Assembly: GCF_021869535.1 (NCBI RefSeq)
Contig: NW_026262581.1
Location: forward strand, 122,202,001 to 122,266,000
Reading direction: 5' to 3'
Origin: Mytilus californianus
Lineage: Eukaryota
Length of the DNA stretch: 64,000 nucleotides
Each line of letters begins with the position of its first letter. The first letter of the stretch is position 1. The notes under the pieces were generated by a model. It worked only from the letters and a program-made list of their open reading frames with translations. It had not been told where the DNA came from and did not search any database. Positions 41,724 through 58,435 of the stretch are shown here, piece by piece. A program made the position numbers and the translations under genes.

Positions 41724-41914
41724 ATTATTAGGGACAGTATTAATTCCCAATGTAAAATTGTCCCAAAGAACTTGACAACATGTCAAAGAGAGGACACTAT
41801 ATGATAATGACATAAAATATTGACATTTTTTATGCTACACAAGACGACACTTGTCGACTTTATTATTTTTATCTTTCTGTCAGTAATGCTGCAAGTATTT
41901 TTTGAATGAGTGCT

Positions 41915-42208
41915 ATTGTAAAGCAAAATATTGTCCTATGAAATATTGCCCCCCAAGACAGACAATATTTCATGACTTTGTATCATGGAGTTGTGTCCCT
42001 ATCTATGAAATAATGTCCATATACATGATAAGTGAAATATTATCCAGAATGAGGTGACAAAATTTCATGGACAACGACACTATTTGATAATGAAATATTA
42101 TCGAGGACAGTTTTTCATTAATAAATATAGAGTGTCCGCGGACAATATTTTATATGAAATTTTGTCTGATCTACAATATTTCATGGGGACATTATTTTAT
42201 GTTACACT
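41915..42208. repeat. Degenerate array of GAAATATTGTCC / GGACAATATTTC motifs in both orientations (probable MITE remnant)
   Basis: The motif recurs several times in direct and inverted orientation and the segment ends in TGTTACAC. Confidence 0.45.
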
Positions 42209-42594
42209 ATATGGTGGTGACTTCTTATAGTTGTGTCTTGATTTTCCTCAATATCAAAATAATTGACTGAAGTGTATTATTTCTGGTTTTGAGTATTATT
42301 AAGTGTTTAATGTGTCAAATGTCACTCTTAGAGTGGGTTCATTTGTTGAGTTTTATTACTAAAAAAAGGCTGCGAAGTCCGGAATCTCGTCAATTGTTGA
42401 TGTTAGCATTTTATGGTTCTGTCTATTGTTAGTTTGATTTTAACATTAGTTGTGTTTTCTCTGTTGAATTCATCCACAAGTTGTCTGGCTGGGTGCAAAG
42501 AAAAAGATAAAATAAATAATTAATCTATATTGCATATCTATGACCCAAGACGATGACCTCTAAATGTTTGTTTTTGTGACTTTGTCTTATTGGA

Positions 42595-42900
42595 GGGTCT
42601 TAATGGGGCTACCTTCATGACGAATAACGGTAAAAATTCTTGCCCCAAATGACTTTAAATAACGGTAAATTTTGGTGCATGACGATGTACACTTTCTTTT
42701 AGACGTTAAAAAAATAGAATGGTTTTGACGAATCACGTAATTTTTTTTCCAAAAATAACGGTAACGATAATTATTTGAGACCTCTGACGAATCACGATAA
42801 TGATATTTTGACGAATCACGGTAAAATTTTAACCAATTTGATCTAACGGTAGCCGAAAATGACAGTTTGACGCCTGACGGTAAAAGGAAATTACTACCCT
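42595..42900. repeat. Array of GACGAAT(C/A)ACGGTAA-type motifs (probable MITE)
   Basis: About ten full or partial copies, bounded by GAGGGT (~42594) and ACCCTC (~42895-42900). Confidence 0.55.
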
Positions 42901-44248
42901 CTTATTGAGTAGTTGAAATACTCATAAAACTGAAGAAAAAAAAACGCATAGTTCTCACTAAACTTCCTATTTCAATAACTACTTACATGACAGGAATGAT
43001 AAAAAAGGTTAAACAAAATAAGCGCAAACTTAAAAGAATAGACACTAAGAATGTGTAATAATAAAAAGACGAGGAATCGCAGCAGAGTATGGTTTGATAG
43101 TTTATAATATGTCCCTCAATCTTCCGTGCCTGCAGATCCGGAAATATAGTCCTAAAATGCCCTTGGTGTTTGAAGAACCTTTTATGAGTATTTAAAAGAG
43201 AACTTTCTGATTTAATTAATGAGATATAATGTTTAAATATTTAGAAATTTTGGTTTCATTGTTTTATGATTATTATCATTATGGATATTTGGAGCAATTC
43301 AAATAATTTTAAGGGCAAACTTTGTGAAATTATAGAGATATCAATTATATCGTATAAGCTCTTTTCTTGATACATCATGTATGGGAGATGAACATAATGA
43401 ACATAGATAAAAATCAAATTGTTGCTATTTAAAAATGCAATTCCGTTGCTTTCAAATCAAAGAGAACAATTTATCGCAAATCATCACGGTACTCAGTGGT
43501 GCATTCTGGTGGGGGTGTAGAGGGGCCCCTCCCATTTGATCGAGAAAAAAAATCTTAAGCTCGCCGATTTTTTAACCATTGAACACTGTCCCTTTCATCA
43601 GACCCTGGATCCGTCGTTAGTACACAATTTCATGTCGCTTCCGAAATACAATTAATAATTATATCACGTCATCTCAACGATTCGTCTATTGTAATTTTAT
43701 TACACGATTTCACCTCTGAATCCTACTGAATGTCACACGCATTTTCTAGACAGAGATTTTTTCAAACCTGAATACAAGGCAATATTATATCTTTATTTCT
43801 TTTCATTTTATATAGTTGTTTACCTTTTAAAAAAATCACAAAAATGACACGGAAGACATCTGTTTTCAGTAGTAATTATTTCCAGAAGTTTCCTATAATT
43901 TTGTCCATCATAATCGATATATAAATCTTTCAGCTCCATTTGACCTATTAGTTGCTAGAATAACTTTATAACAGTTATAACAAATGTTACAATTGTTTGT
44001 TAGATTTTGGCTCAAGATAGACGTCTACGCGACGTCCAAAATCTTTTAATTTATCTTATTAACAATGATTAATTTAACTTCAGTAGACTTTGATCAATAA
44101 AAGGGTCAAAACGATTTAAAACCAATGCAGAATTTGTCACCCGTCCATTACCATGTGTTTGATAAGAGTATGATTAATAAAGAGACGAGTTTTGGTTCTG
44201 TTGGTACTATGGAGATGTCAAACACGACTGAACAAGAGTTTTCCGGAA

Positions 44249-44283
44249 TATAAAACCGACTGGCGGTCCGATTTTGGCATTTC
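44249..44283 (+). promoter_or_regulatory. Putative TATA box and start site of tubulin B
   Basis: TATAAAA at 44249-44255 and GCATTT about 30 nt downstream, about 90 nt before the ATG. A CCAAT lies near 44122. Confidence 0.55.
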
Positions 44284-44371
44284 ACAAGGTACCTCTCACA
44301 AGAGACGCATTGCTGTCTATAAGTGAGTTTTCTTGGTTGAACTTGGATACCAGTCTATTTAATTTTTAAGC

Positions 44372-47631
<3,260 letters not shown>

Positions 47632-48114
47632 ACTAACTGAACAATAAAAAAATCAGGACTGTTGTTTCAAAAAAATAAATAAATTTAAGCAACGTGTACA
47701 GTTGGAGTCTTATAATTTAAAACTTGACTTATAACTGACATAACTGCGTTTGCCCTAACATTTATATTACTTCTATTGCTAATTACCTTTCATAATCTTT
47801 ATAACTATTTATCGTTCTTTTCGATAGTGGAATAACACACAAAACCCCAAAAAAGACAAAACAGTAAATAAACAAACTCGCTAGAACCCTGAACATCAGA
47901 AAGGATATCATAAAAAATAAAATACTCACGTAACACTCATAGTGAATTCAATGCTACCAAAGGGTAAATATATGGCACACATTAAATAGTCAGAAGGAAC
48001 ATGAGTCAATCAGATATTCAAGAAATGTTTTACATTTTTGATGCTTGATATTGCATAATCTTTTTTCTATTTGGACAACACGAAATTTCAGAGATGTAAT
48101 GATACATTCGTATA

Positions 48115-48460
48115 AAAATATGAAAATATGGTATCATTGCAGAAATGAGACAACTTTCCATCGTAGAAGTACGGCCTTCAACAATGAGCAAAACACATAG
48201 CACATAGCAGCAAGATAAAGAAGGCCTCGACATGACAAATGTAAAACAATTCAAACGAGAAAACATACGGCCTGATTTACAAACAAAACGATTAACGAAA
48301 AACAAATGATATACACCAACAAACGACAACCCCTGATCTTTTAATCGTTTTTCGTTTTTTGCCATGACATTGTAGGTTTTTCCGACTAATGATTGTGAAT
48401 GTCCCTTCGGTATCTTACGCCTCTCTTTTACAGGCTCCTGACTTAGTACAGACACATACG
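48115..48460 (+). repeat. Copy of the PLE-terminal dispersed repeat with a nested insertion
   Basis: ATGAGACAACT..GTACGGCCTTCAACAATGAGC..ATGACAAATGTAAAACAATTCAAACGAGAAAAC matches 36136-36300. It is interrupted near 48334-48428 before CAGGCTCCTGACTT resumes. Confidence 0.7.
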
Positions 48461-51400
48461 TAGTACGAATTGATCATTCGATTCGAAATTCAAAATCTAA
48501 ATAATCTACCATGTTTATCAGACTTTTTTCCATGCCCATACAACTTTGGTGTTGGTATTACCATTTGCTGTTTTAGTCCATTATTCACATACTAGTAACT
48601 AGATTCGACAGATTCTTGTAAGCTTAGAATTGTAAACGCTAGACAAAGTCTTACTATGATAAAGAGACAAAAAGTTTGTTAACAGAAAACAAATAACATA
48701 CGTTCAATTAAATTCTGATGGAAAATGAAAATTCGACACAAATAACTTTGCTTCTAAAATATAGTTTTGCTTCCCATCAACGACGGGGAGGGGGATTTTA
48801 ACGACCTTGACTACACATGAGGGTCTTGCACGGTCGGCCCTGGCTTGTGCCTTTTTGGGCATTTAAATAATATATTTTTACCTTATGGTAATTGATATAA
48901 TTTTGAGAGACAAAAAGAAAAAAAAAACCATAACATGAATAAAAATAATGTAAAAAGTAAAAGCCACCAAAAGCCGGAACAGGAGAAAAGGCCAAGCAAA
49001 CGACAGTGAGCGGCAGCAACGTTGTCATGGTACACCAGCAGCCAAGTAAAGAGCGGAGAAATTTGATATGCTTAATTGTGTATGTGAATTTAGTAGCCAA
49101 AATATTTTGTATAAACCCAAATATGCCTAAATAATGATGTGTATGTGAATTTAAGAAAAATAAATAAGTATAAGGTTTTATATGTACATAACAGAAATGA
49201 ATAAGTAAAATGAAATAAAAGAAAACCAACGGGTGTATGCATTATTTTGACTGCTTTGTGCTAGCCTACTGTTAATGCAGGACTTCAAAGTGCTAGTACA
49301 CCGGAATACTGTCAGCAGGAAGACAAACGCCCCACCTTCCCATCAAGATGCGAAGCTATTATTTTTGTACGATATTCACGCCATCTTAAAATTATTACAT
49401 AACAAATATCGATTCTCATTGGTTGCCTGATGATGTGGGAAAGATTCTATTGGCTAGAATGAGCTATAGAATTGGGAACATGTCCCGGATGTATGGGTAT
49501 TCAAGATCCGATCAATCATGAAATAATTTTGCCTTTACTGGTTTACCTTACTATATAATGTCGTCTCAGTCAAATTCATATTGATAAGTGGAAAGATGAA
49601 CCCGTTTCTGAGAGCTCATCTGACTATATATGATCATATATGCATATACTTAAAATACATATTATTGCCAATGATCTTCATAATACATGTATTCCGTGTT
49701 ATAAAACCAAATAATATACAAAAACCATCTAGGTCAAGAGCAGTTGATTTCTTCGCATTAGAATTGTTAGAATTTTGGGATATTTAGGTGCATCAAATAA
49801 CAAGTTAGTATAAAATGGCTGTGTAGGAAAACATGCATGAGGATATCCATATGCAAATGAATGTTGCGTCAAAGGTGAATTTTAAACGTCCCATAACTCT
49901 GGAACGACAAAACATAAAGTTTTCAAAATCCAAAGCGAGTCTAGATTAACCACTACCAGCAAATTAACAGTGTAAAGATTATAGTAAAATGATCCAAGCA
50001 TACTAGTTCTAGTGCATGATAAGTAGAATATTGACTTTTATTAATCTGACTGTCAAAGTCCCATAACTGTGGAATAACAAATCATAAATTTTCAAAATCA
50101 AGCAGTATCTCTAGAATGGACGCCAGATAAAAATTTTTGTTGTAGTTTACTCACTATCGACTTCTGTTTATTATAAAATACACTCTTTAGATTCAATTGT
50201 GAACATAAATGTCCCATTTAGAACGAAACATGAATGGGAAAGTAATAGGAATTCCTAATAGTGTCCACTAATTGTTGATTTATTGTTCTGAATACAAAAT
50301 TACAAGATACTGAAGTAACTTCATGCACTACGTGTGCATTTGGAAAATTTATCTCTCGTCAATGGTGCTTGATACCGATAATTTGATATACAATAGTGGC
50401 AAATGGTACCACGTCCGGAACAGTTTAATCTTTTTATGTATTGGTTGGGTTGTTTCTGTTCTTCAAGGAAGACATCTTTCAAAAATTTACAGCATTATAG
50501 GTGATATCATTTTTCTTGTCAGAACTCTTATACTCTTTAAAACTTCATCCTACATTTTGAAATGTATTTGATAACACTGTCTATAAAGCTTAAACGATAA
50601 ATATAACCATAATTATTCTGAGTTAAAACTAATAGTTTTAAACATGATTAAATTGGCGTTACTTTTGAATATTTCGACAAAAACAAACAGCATTTATGAA
50701 TCCTCATTCAGGTCAATAGATTTACCAATAAAGTTGTTGATAGATGATTGTGTGTGGTATTTTGGGCGATATCGAGTAAGATATAACACGGGAGTAATAA
50801 ACAAAAACAATGAGAAAGACCGATAATGCCGCCTCTAAAAGAGATAAAACAAACAACAGTCGTCCAAAAATACTTACACAGAAAACTTAAAATGGCGCAA
50901 CACGAACCCCACCAAACTGTTGTTGAACTCGGATAATCCGGAAGGTTGAGTATTCCTGCTCAACAAATGTCACCCTTCTTCTTGTTCATTTCAACTGATG
51001 CCTCTTCACTCTTTATATATGGCAGGTCATTTTACATAGACACTTACCCTCCAGGTGTCGCTCCTTTTAAAGTTTATGCGATTCCCTCAGTTTTTGTTTG
51101 TTTCCTTGACTTGTCTATTCTTAATCGATTTACAAGATTTGAACATTAGTAAACTACTTTCGCCTTATGTATGATGATGATGTTACTTTAAAATAGGGGA
51201 AAAAACGATTTCAGTATAAAAAGATTGTTATTTGTAACAAAAAGGCGTGAAAACTGATCAGATGAATAGTTTTCCATCAAAAACAGAAATCAAGTTTGTA
51301 TACGTTTGAATTTACAAACTTTATTGTCTATTGAAGTTATTCCGTTTAACATTGGATATCTTAGATTGTATGCAAAATATCTCCAGCGATTTATAAAGTA

Positions 51401-52030
51401 TCATATAGCGCTTAAATGATGCGTCTCATTTTGACAAAATGAATTCCTAGATTATTACAATTATTTATGATTGTATTCGGACAGAAGAACCAATAAGATA
51501 ATAACAGGATGACTCATTTACTATCATCATTAAATAATTTATTGGTAGGCTTCCTACACCATTTCATAGAATTAATATAATTATTTATGTATGAAAAATT
51601 GACATTATTCTGCGTTTGAGGTTTTAAGATGTAAGTTTAAATTTATCATTTACTTTTTGATTTTGTAGTTTTCATGATTACATAGATTGAAATTTTAATG
51701 GACAATCTTAAATTAGCTTCAAGTATTGGATTAATTTAGAGAAATTTAACATTTGCATCTGATTTCTTCTTCCAGTCTCTTAATATGTTTCCAATTTAAC
51801 AGAATTTAAAGCATGCATTAGTGATTGTTGTCAAGACCCATTCGTGTGTTCTCGGTTGTGATTTACTCCTAGTAATTTTACAACTGCCACATGTGAAAAC
51901 GAAAAGAAGGAATTTGTCTTTACCTTTCGGAGTAAGTATTTCACCCTTTTTACTTACAACTTATGATTATTTTTTGTTATGATTATTTTCTTATTTTTAC
52001 TTTTTACTTTTGATTACCGTTTACACTCCC

Positions 52031-52118
52031 CGCCACCTCTCACACACACGCACGCCACCTCTCACACACACGCACGCCACCTCTCACACACACGCACGCC
52101 ACCTCTCACACACACGCA
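52031..52118. repeat. Minisatellite, 4 x 22 bp (CGCCACCTCTCACACACACGCA)
   Basis: Four perfect copies. Confidence 0.95.
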
Positions 52119-52389
52119 CGCACAGTTTGGGATACATCTGCTTTATTTCTGTTTCGTATATATACCTTTTTAACCCTAAAACATGTCCTTTTCACTCATT
52201 GTTTGTTATGGAAACATATTTGATAAATATATCATCGAACAAGCTTACTAAAATTAAATTAAAGTATGTTTAATAATTCTCTTGAATAGGTAAAACTTAA
52301 AGTTAACAATTGATATGTTTTTTTAGTTGTGCTAAGAATGAAATCATAGTCATCCATGTCTTTCGGGTTGTTTTATTCTCCTAGCTAGG

Positions 52390-54600
52390 AGCCTTATCCC
52401 GTATTCGGAAGCCGCCGAAAAAGAAGTCTCCCATGTGTGGTCTAACTGATGTCTTATAAGCATTTTCTTTCATGAATTCTGAGCTGATGTGGAGGTTTCG
52501 GCATAAGAAACCAAGGTTTCAACTGGTTTTACCTGTGCTGATATTGATGTGTTCTCCTCTATCTAGAGCATTTGCGGTGGTGCAGCCCAGGTATTTAGTT
52601 GATGTGTCATGCACCAGAGCATGCATGGTCGTTATGTTTGTTATTCCATCCGATTAGGTTTTCTTTTCTGTCCCTGTTTATCCAGATCTTTTTAGGGTTT
52701 ATAGCAGTCGCTGCATTAGGTAAAATGTAAAATTAGGTAAAATAGACTTCCGTATTGTCAGCAAACAGTCTCACTGTTGAGTTGGGGCTTATGGTATAAT
52801 AAGAAGAAAACAAATTGACAGTGGCTTAAAACTGGTCCTTGAGGGTACTCCAGATTCTACTTTCAATTTGTCAGACTTTTGCCTTCGACCACTTCTACTT
52901 GTGTTCTGTTTGTGAAAATTCTTTTATCTTGCCTGCGTTTCACGAAAAAATCTTACGACTAAAATTAAGCGCAAGTATACTGAATAGTTCATTACATACG
53001 ATCAATATAAGTCATAAACGTTTGTGTGATAGGCAGTTTAGACTGTTTTCCAGATTGTTTGGGATATCGAGTATATTCAAGTAGCTGTGTTTTACGTGAT
53101 TTGTTTACTCCTGGTAACATGCTGGAGAGTGTATAGGATTTTATTTGCCTTTGCATGCTTCGTGATGTTACTGGTTCCATATGGTATGTATTTCTGACCT
53201 TTTATGTAGACATTTGCGGTTTGCCAGTCATCGGTTATCAATCCTTTCTAGATTGAAAAAAAAATGTTAATGATAGTTAGGATAGGAGCAATTTTGATAG
53301 CTAGTTCTTTCAGTATCATTTGTTTGATGTTGTCAAGTCCAGAAGCCTTGTGTGGGTTGATATTTTTTATTTGTTTTTCAACTCCATTATTGCTGATGAT
53401 AATACAAAAAGTAAAATAACAAACATACCGAATTCCAAGGGAAATTCAAAACGGAAAGTCCTTTATAAAATGGCAAATCAAAAGCTCAAACACACCAATG
53501 GAAAACAACTGTCGTATTCCTAACTTGGTACAGACATTTTCTAATGTAGAAAATGGTGGATTAAACCTGGTTGTATAGCTTGCTATACCTCTCACTTGTA
53601 TGACAGTCGCATAGAATTTTGGCTGTTTGAATATTTTTCTTGTAGATCAGTCATGAGTCTGTTTTCGAATCCGGAGAGACCATCTTTGTCAGAAGTTTAG
53701 GATTATAGTATAATTGAGCTTATGCAAAGATCTTGTGTCCCTTTTGAGTGGATTCGTGCCAATAATATTTCACAGTTCTTGTGGAGTTCTGGTACTTCAA
53801 ACTTAGTCATTTTTTTGGCTATGACGACTCCACTCCCAGTTTTATTTTCCTTTTCTGTCCTTCCGGTAAATGCAATAATCGGGTGCAAATATTTGGCTGT
53901 TTGTAATTGAACATTCTAGCAAAGTTATTATCATGATAATTACACCTGGATTTGTAATATATATTAAAGGTTTTTGACTTGGTGCTGATTATTTCTTGTG
54001 GACTGACATTTAACCACTGGAGTTAACATTTAAGATCCTTATTGGTCTTACCTTTTCTTCTTTGCTGCTTTACTGATGCCGTGTGCCTTCTAGTAGGTAT
54101 TGAGATAAAACTGTTATTAATTGGAATAGTTGTCTGTCGAACCATAACATAAGGAATTTTGTAATTTGAGTATTCACAAATCTCAGATATGTTTCCATCA
54201 TCCACAAAGGAAGCGAAATTTTTTTGCCATCGAAATATCTTGGCAGTTGGTGTGAATCCATTGATCTGATCATGAAGTACCGCAGTTAATGGCTCTGTCG
54301 TCCTTGCTTACATGCAGGTCAAATGTTCCGCAGGGGTATTTGGTGCTGTCAATGTGTGTTGGACCTGGGTTTGGATTTACATCACTTGCGTTTGCTATAA
54401 GTATGAACACTGAATATGATGTTACAGATTTACATTAATATGGATTTACATTTATTGGTGGGTTTAGCCTATTTATTGATGTTAATACTAGTATGCAGTT
54501 TATATCCTGTTTTATTTGTACCTCTTCATCTTCAAATCTTGCCATAGTTTCATTTTTCATGCTCATAATGGTGCTTGCAATGATGATTATGCCTGTGATA
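52390..54600 (-). mobile_element. Decayed CR1/L2-type LINE: leader, 2A-like NPGP, PHD finger, APE endonuclease, RT
   Basis: Colinear minus-strand motifs with stops and frameshifts: SDVNPNPGP (54383-54360), KYPCG..INCG..WIHTNC, RPIRILNVN, GSGVVIA..CEILLARI, DDWQTANV, HAKANKILYTLQH, SRKTQLLEY, VESGVP, STVRLFADNT, KDLDK, KYLGCT, LGFLCRNL, AYKTSVRP. An unrelated repeat is inserted at ~53260-53640. Confidence 0.8.
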
Positions 54601-56336
54601 TCTAATGCAAATGTTTTTTAGTAAGTATTAGACTCTGCACTTATATGGTGTCTATAAACCTTATCTCGGCACCTGGATGTTGCCCAATAATCTTCATTGC
54701 TCTTTTGTATTCTTTAAGAATGGTGTTCACAGTTTCATAATTATGGTAATTTAGTCTAATAAACTTTCCCTCTTCTATGGGAATATTACAGGCTGCTGAC
54801 CAAAGGTCAATATTAAGTCGGTATGACCTTTGGTTGATTTGTTTATTCTTTGATCAATGAAATCCATCAGTTCAGATGTCTTTGTTCCAGCGATGCACTA
54901 GTATTTTAGTGGGGACTCTCTGTTTTGACATGCTTTTTATGGTAGAGCCTTTGCTGTCAGATACAAGTATCGAAGTTTAAATTTGTAACCGCTTGGAATT
55001 TTGAGTGGATCAGAAATATTTCTTTATTTTGTAGCTAATCTGAAAATGAGGGTTTGGGAAAATATACAGTTTAATTTTTTTATTTTTTTTGCAAACCGGA
55101 AAGGTAAGTTTTTGTTGTTGTCAATATGAACTTTTCTTCTCGCCAGATGAGCGGACTGAAAGTAGATATATATATTTTTTTTTCACATTTTCTGGAAATT
55201 TCACCAGTAATTTTGTAATACGAGAGGAAATGATAACATTTAGATTAATAAATCGCAGAATATTCTATGTTGACAATGAACTGTTTGGGGAAAAATAAAG
55301 GCCATCATTTTATGCGGCTTTTAATTACAGAAAATCACTATCGGAAAATCGCAATGACGTCTGGTCTGAAAAGGATATTAAAAGGTGAACAAAATAATCC
55401 CGTAAGACTGCATGACTATTGAATTGTATAAAACATGCACAGAAATGCATTAACATTGTACAGCTACACAAGAAAATGTTGACCTTAGAGGCGAACAACT
55501 TGTACTATAGCCTGATTTCTGATTAAATAAAACTTCGAATCGGGATTCCAACCTGATCAGACATTCCTGAAAAACCAATAAGATATTAGAATAGATAACA
55601 TAGCGATTAAAACATTATAATGCTTGGTGTGTCTGAGTATTATCATTGAATGTCTCTTGAATATTCCCTCATTGTATCCTAGCATATTCCAAGAAGTTGT
55701 TTCATATAGATTTCTGACAAACTTTATTGCAATTAAGTTATTCCTGTGATCAACTATTAACAGGATTCACTTATGTATCACAGCCTATTAAAGCTGAGCC
55801 AGCAATATTCAGTTAGGGGAAGAAATTGACCATCATAAACTTACCATCCTCTTCTTTTGCTTCCTTACAAATTATGCTTACTTTTTGTGTCATTTATGTG
55901 CATATGCATGTAATCGGTATCTTCCATAGATTTGATTTCCAGTAGTTTAAATGGTGAAATTTTTTTTTGTATCCATGGCAACAATATATTCATTTGCTAT
56001 AAACCATTGGAAAAAGGGGTGCGAAGACGTAATTAATATATTTCCCTAAAATTTGACCAAAATAATAATTTCAATCCCTTGCGGTTATGCCTTTTTTAAA
56101 ACTTTTTACATGTATTTATCAAGAGATCAAATAAAAATCATATGCCTTCAAGTCTCATTCTTTTTAGTAAATTTGCATATAAAAGTTCGTGTGAAAAATA
56201 ATGTTCGCGGACCGTTTTTATTTAGATTAATCCGAAAGTATTGGACATTGAAGTTTGTCTTGCTTTTGTTTTGCGTGTGTAGTATACACATGTATATTAT
56301 AAGGGTTAGAACACTGTAGTGTACAAGTGTATACTG

Positions 56337-56465
56337 CAGGGGCGGATCAAGCCATTTTTAAAAGGGGGGTTCCAACCATATGTCCCCATTCAAAATCATT
56401 GATCGTCAAAAAAAAGGGGGATCCAACCCCCGGACCCCCCCCCCCCCCCTCTGGATCCGCCACTG
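56337..56465. mobile_element. Short MITE, same family as 40388-40525
   Basis: CAGGGGCGGATCAAG ... CTGGATCCGCCACTG|TA, with interior sequence nearly identical to the 40388 copy. Confidence 0.8.
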
Positions 56466-56785
56466 TACTGACGTTTTATAAATATGATGCAATGTCTTGG
56501 GGCTAGACGAGATAATTTTCCAATCAGCTAATGTATGCTGCTCAATTATCTCCTGTTTTGACTTATCGTTGGATTTTGAATGAATAAAGGGATATATCTC
56601 GCAGGTAAAACATGCACTGCTTACTCTTTCTAGGTTCATTGTCTTTTTTTTCTAGATTCATGTTGCAGAATAATTTTTTTCGAGACTGTTATCTGTGTTA
56701 TTTTTTTTGTATTGGTTATATAAAATACGGGGAGGGGTTAATTTATACCATAACGTAGTTTGTTCATTTTCTACTGTTAAATTAC

Positions 56786-57100
56786 ACTTGGCGTCCGTCG
56801 TCCGTTAACCTATACAAAAATCATCTCCTCTGAAACTACTGGGCCAAATTTAACAAAACTTGACCAGAAAGACTAGATCTACAAATGAGTTAACATGGCT
56901 GAAATTGTCCGACGACTCCTTTTTAAAGTAATTGCTCTTAATTCACGATTTGTACCCATTGTTCGTGTTTTTGTCAAATATTTTGAAAACTAGATAGATA
57001 GTGAAACACTTTAAAAAGAAAAGATCAGCAACAAAACTGCAAATAAGTTAAATGGCCGAAATCGTCAGTCGACTCCTTGTTGGAGTAATTGCTGTTTAAA
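56786..57100 (+). mobile_element. Truncated HINE-like repeat fragment
   Basis: GGCGTCCGTCGTCCGTTAAC microsatellite-like head followed by CTCCTCTGAAACTACTGGGCCAAAT, which resembles bivalve Helentron-associated repeats as I recall them. Confidence 0.4.
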
Positions 57101-57769
57101 TATATTTCATTTCGTTTGAAAATGGGGTTTTCCCGTTTGCTATTAGTAGGACTTATATATAGATGGGAACTGGTATAACTAGTTCTGCAACAGTACTAGT
57201 ACTACTATTTATAAAGTTTGATGTTAGGTGCATAAGGCACGAGAAAAGTTTTGGCGGTTTCTACGGGTGGGGTTTTATGGTACAATATAAAGTTTGGCAT
57301 TTAAATGTATTAGTATCGAAGGTGCTCGCAGTTACGTCGAATCGAAGTTAGTCACATTAGTATATATATATACAGTTGCTGTTACGTTTATTTCATGTAT
57401 TTACATGGTTTTGAATGGTAAAACACTACAATTATTTATGATAAAAAGTTTTGTGTCTCAAGAAAAAATAATATGTTACTGCGAGCACCTAATCCTATTT
57501 CTGTGATTGTATTGTTTATAGATAATTGAATTTAGAGTAGAATTATTTTTGATTCGGACGAGCAGGGCGAGGGAGAATTTAATGACAATGTTTTTGTCTT
57601 GGTGTTATCTTGGTACCACATGTGACGATTCTTGCTGCTTCTCGTTGCAAGTTTTCGAAAGATGGTTTTTTTTTTATCAGAAATATTGTCCCTGACACTA
57701 AGAATGGGCGTATAAAAGATAAGTAAAATTTTTAATATTAATTTAAATTTTAGCTTTCGGAATAAGGCT

Positions 57770-58280
57770 TATCGGGAAAGAGCCTTATCAGTAATAATTT
57801 ACATGATTATTCCAGCCCCGTGTTCATTTAAAATAACCCCTAAATATTCACGCGACTCTACTTCTCTGATAATATTATCATTCATATAATTTGGTGGGTA
57901 ATGAGGTTTGTAGCGCTTCTATTGAGATTGTCATTATTTATGTTTGATTTGGGTTGAAATTAACAATCAATTGATTAGACCAAATATATATCTCCTAAAT
58001 ATCTTTAGTTAATCTTTCTGCCGCTTCATATTCGTTATCAACCACTATATAAATTGATGTGCCGTCAGCAAAAAGGTTTAATATCACATTCTATATCATT
58101 AAATATGTCTGAGTCATTTATATAATATATTAGAAATAGAATGGGACTCAAGATAAACCCTTGATATAGCCCATTTGATACATGCTCAGTGTTGGGCGGT
58201 TCTCCACCAATGTCAACTTGCTGTCTTCTTGGGTTCAAGAAGCACTCAGACCAAAGTAACAATACTCCATCAATTCCCAT
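57770..58280 (-). mobile_element. Decayed CR1/L2-type RT fragment
   Basis: GIDGVLLLWSECFLNPRRQQV..GLYQGFILSPILFLIYYIND, then DGTSIY and EYLGVIL (RT domains 4-7). Confidence 0.75.
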
Positions 58281-58354
58281 TTGTTACGGTAAAAAATCAC
58301 CTTTAAATTGTAGCCAACAAAAGACACAAATCAATAACAAAATTTAACAAGATT

Positions 58355-58435
58355 TATTATACACAATTTTACAAGAAATATTATACACAATTTTACAAGA
58401 AATATTATACACAATTTTACAAGAAATATTATACA
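58355..58435. repeat. Minisatellite, ~3.3 x 24 bp (TATTATACACAATTTTACAAGAAA)
   Basis: Units start at 58355, 58379, 58403 and 58427. Confidence 0.9.

Noticed and set aside
48798-49229. 143-aa minus-strand ORF
   Set aside because: Low-complexity F/Y/I/L-rich translation of AT-rich DNA, with no motifs or splice support.
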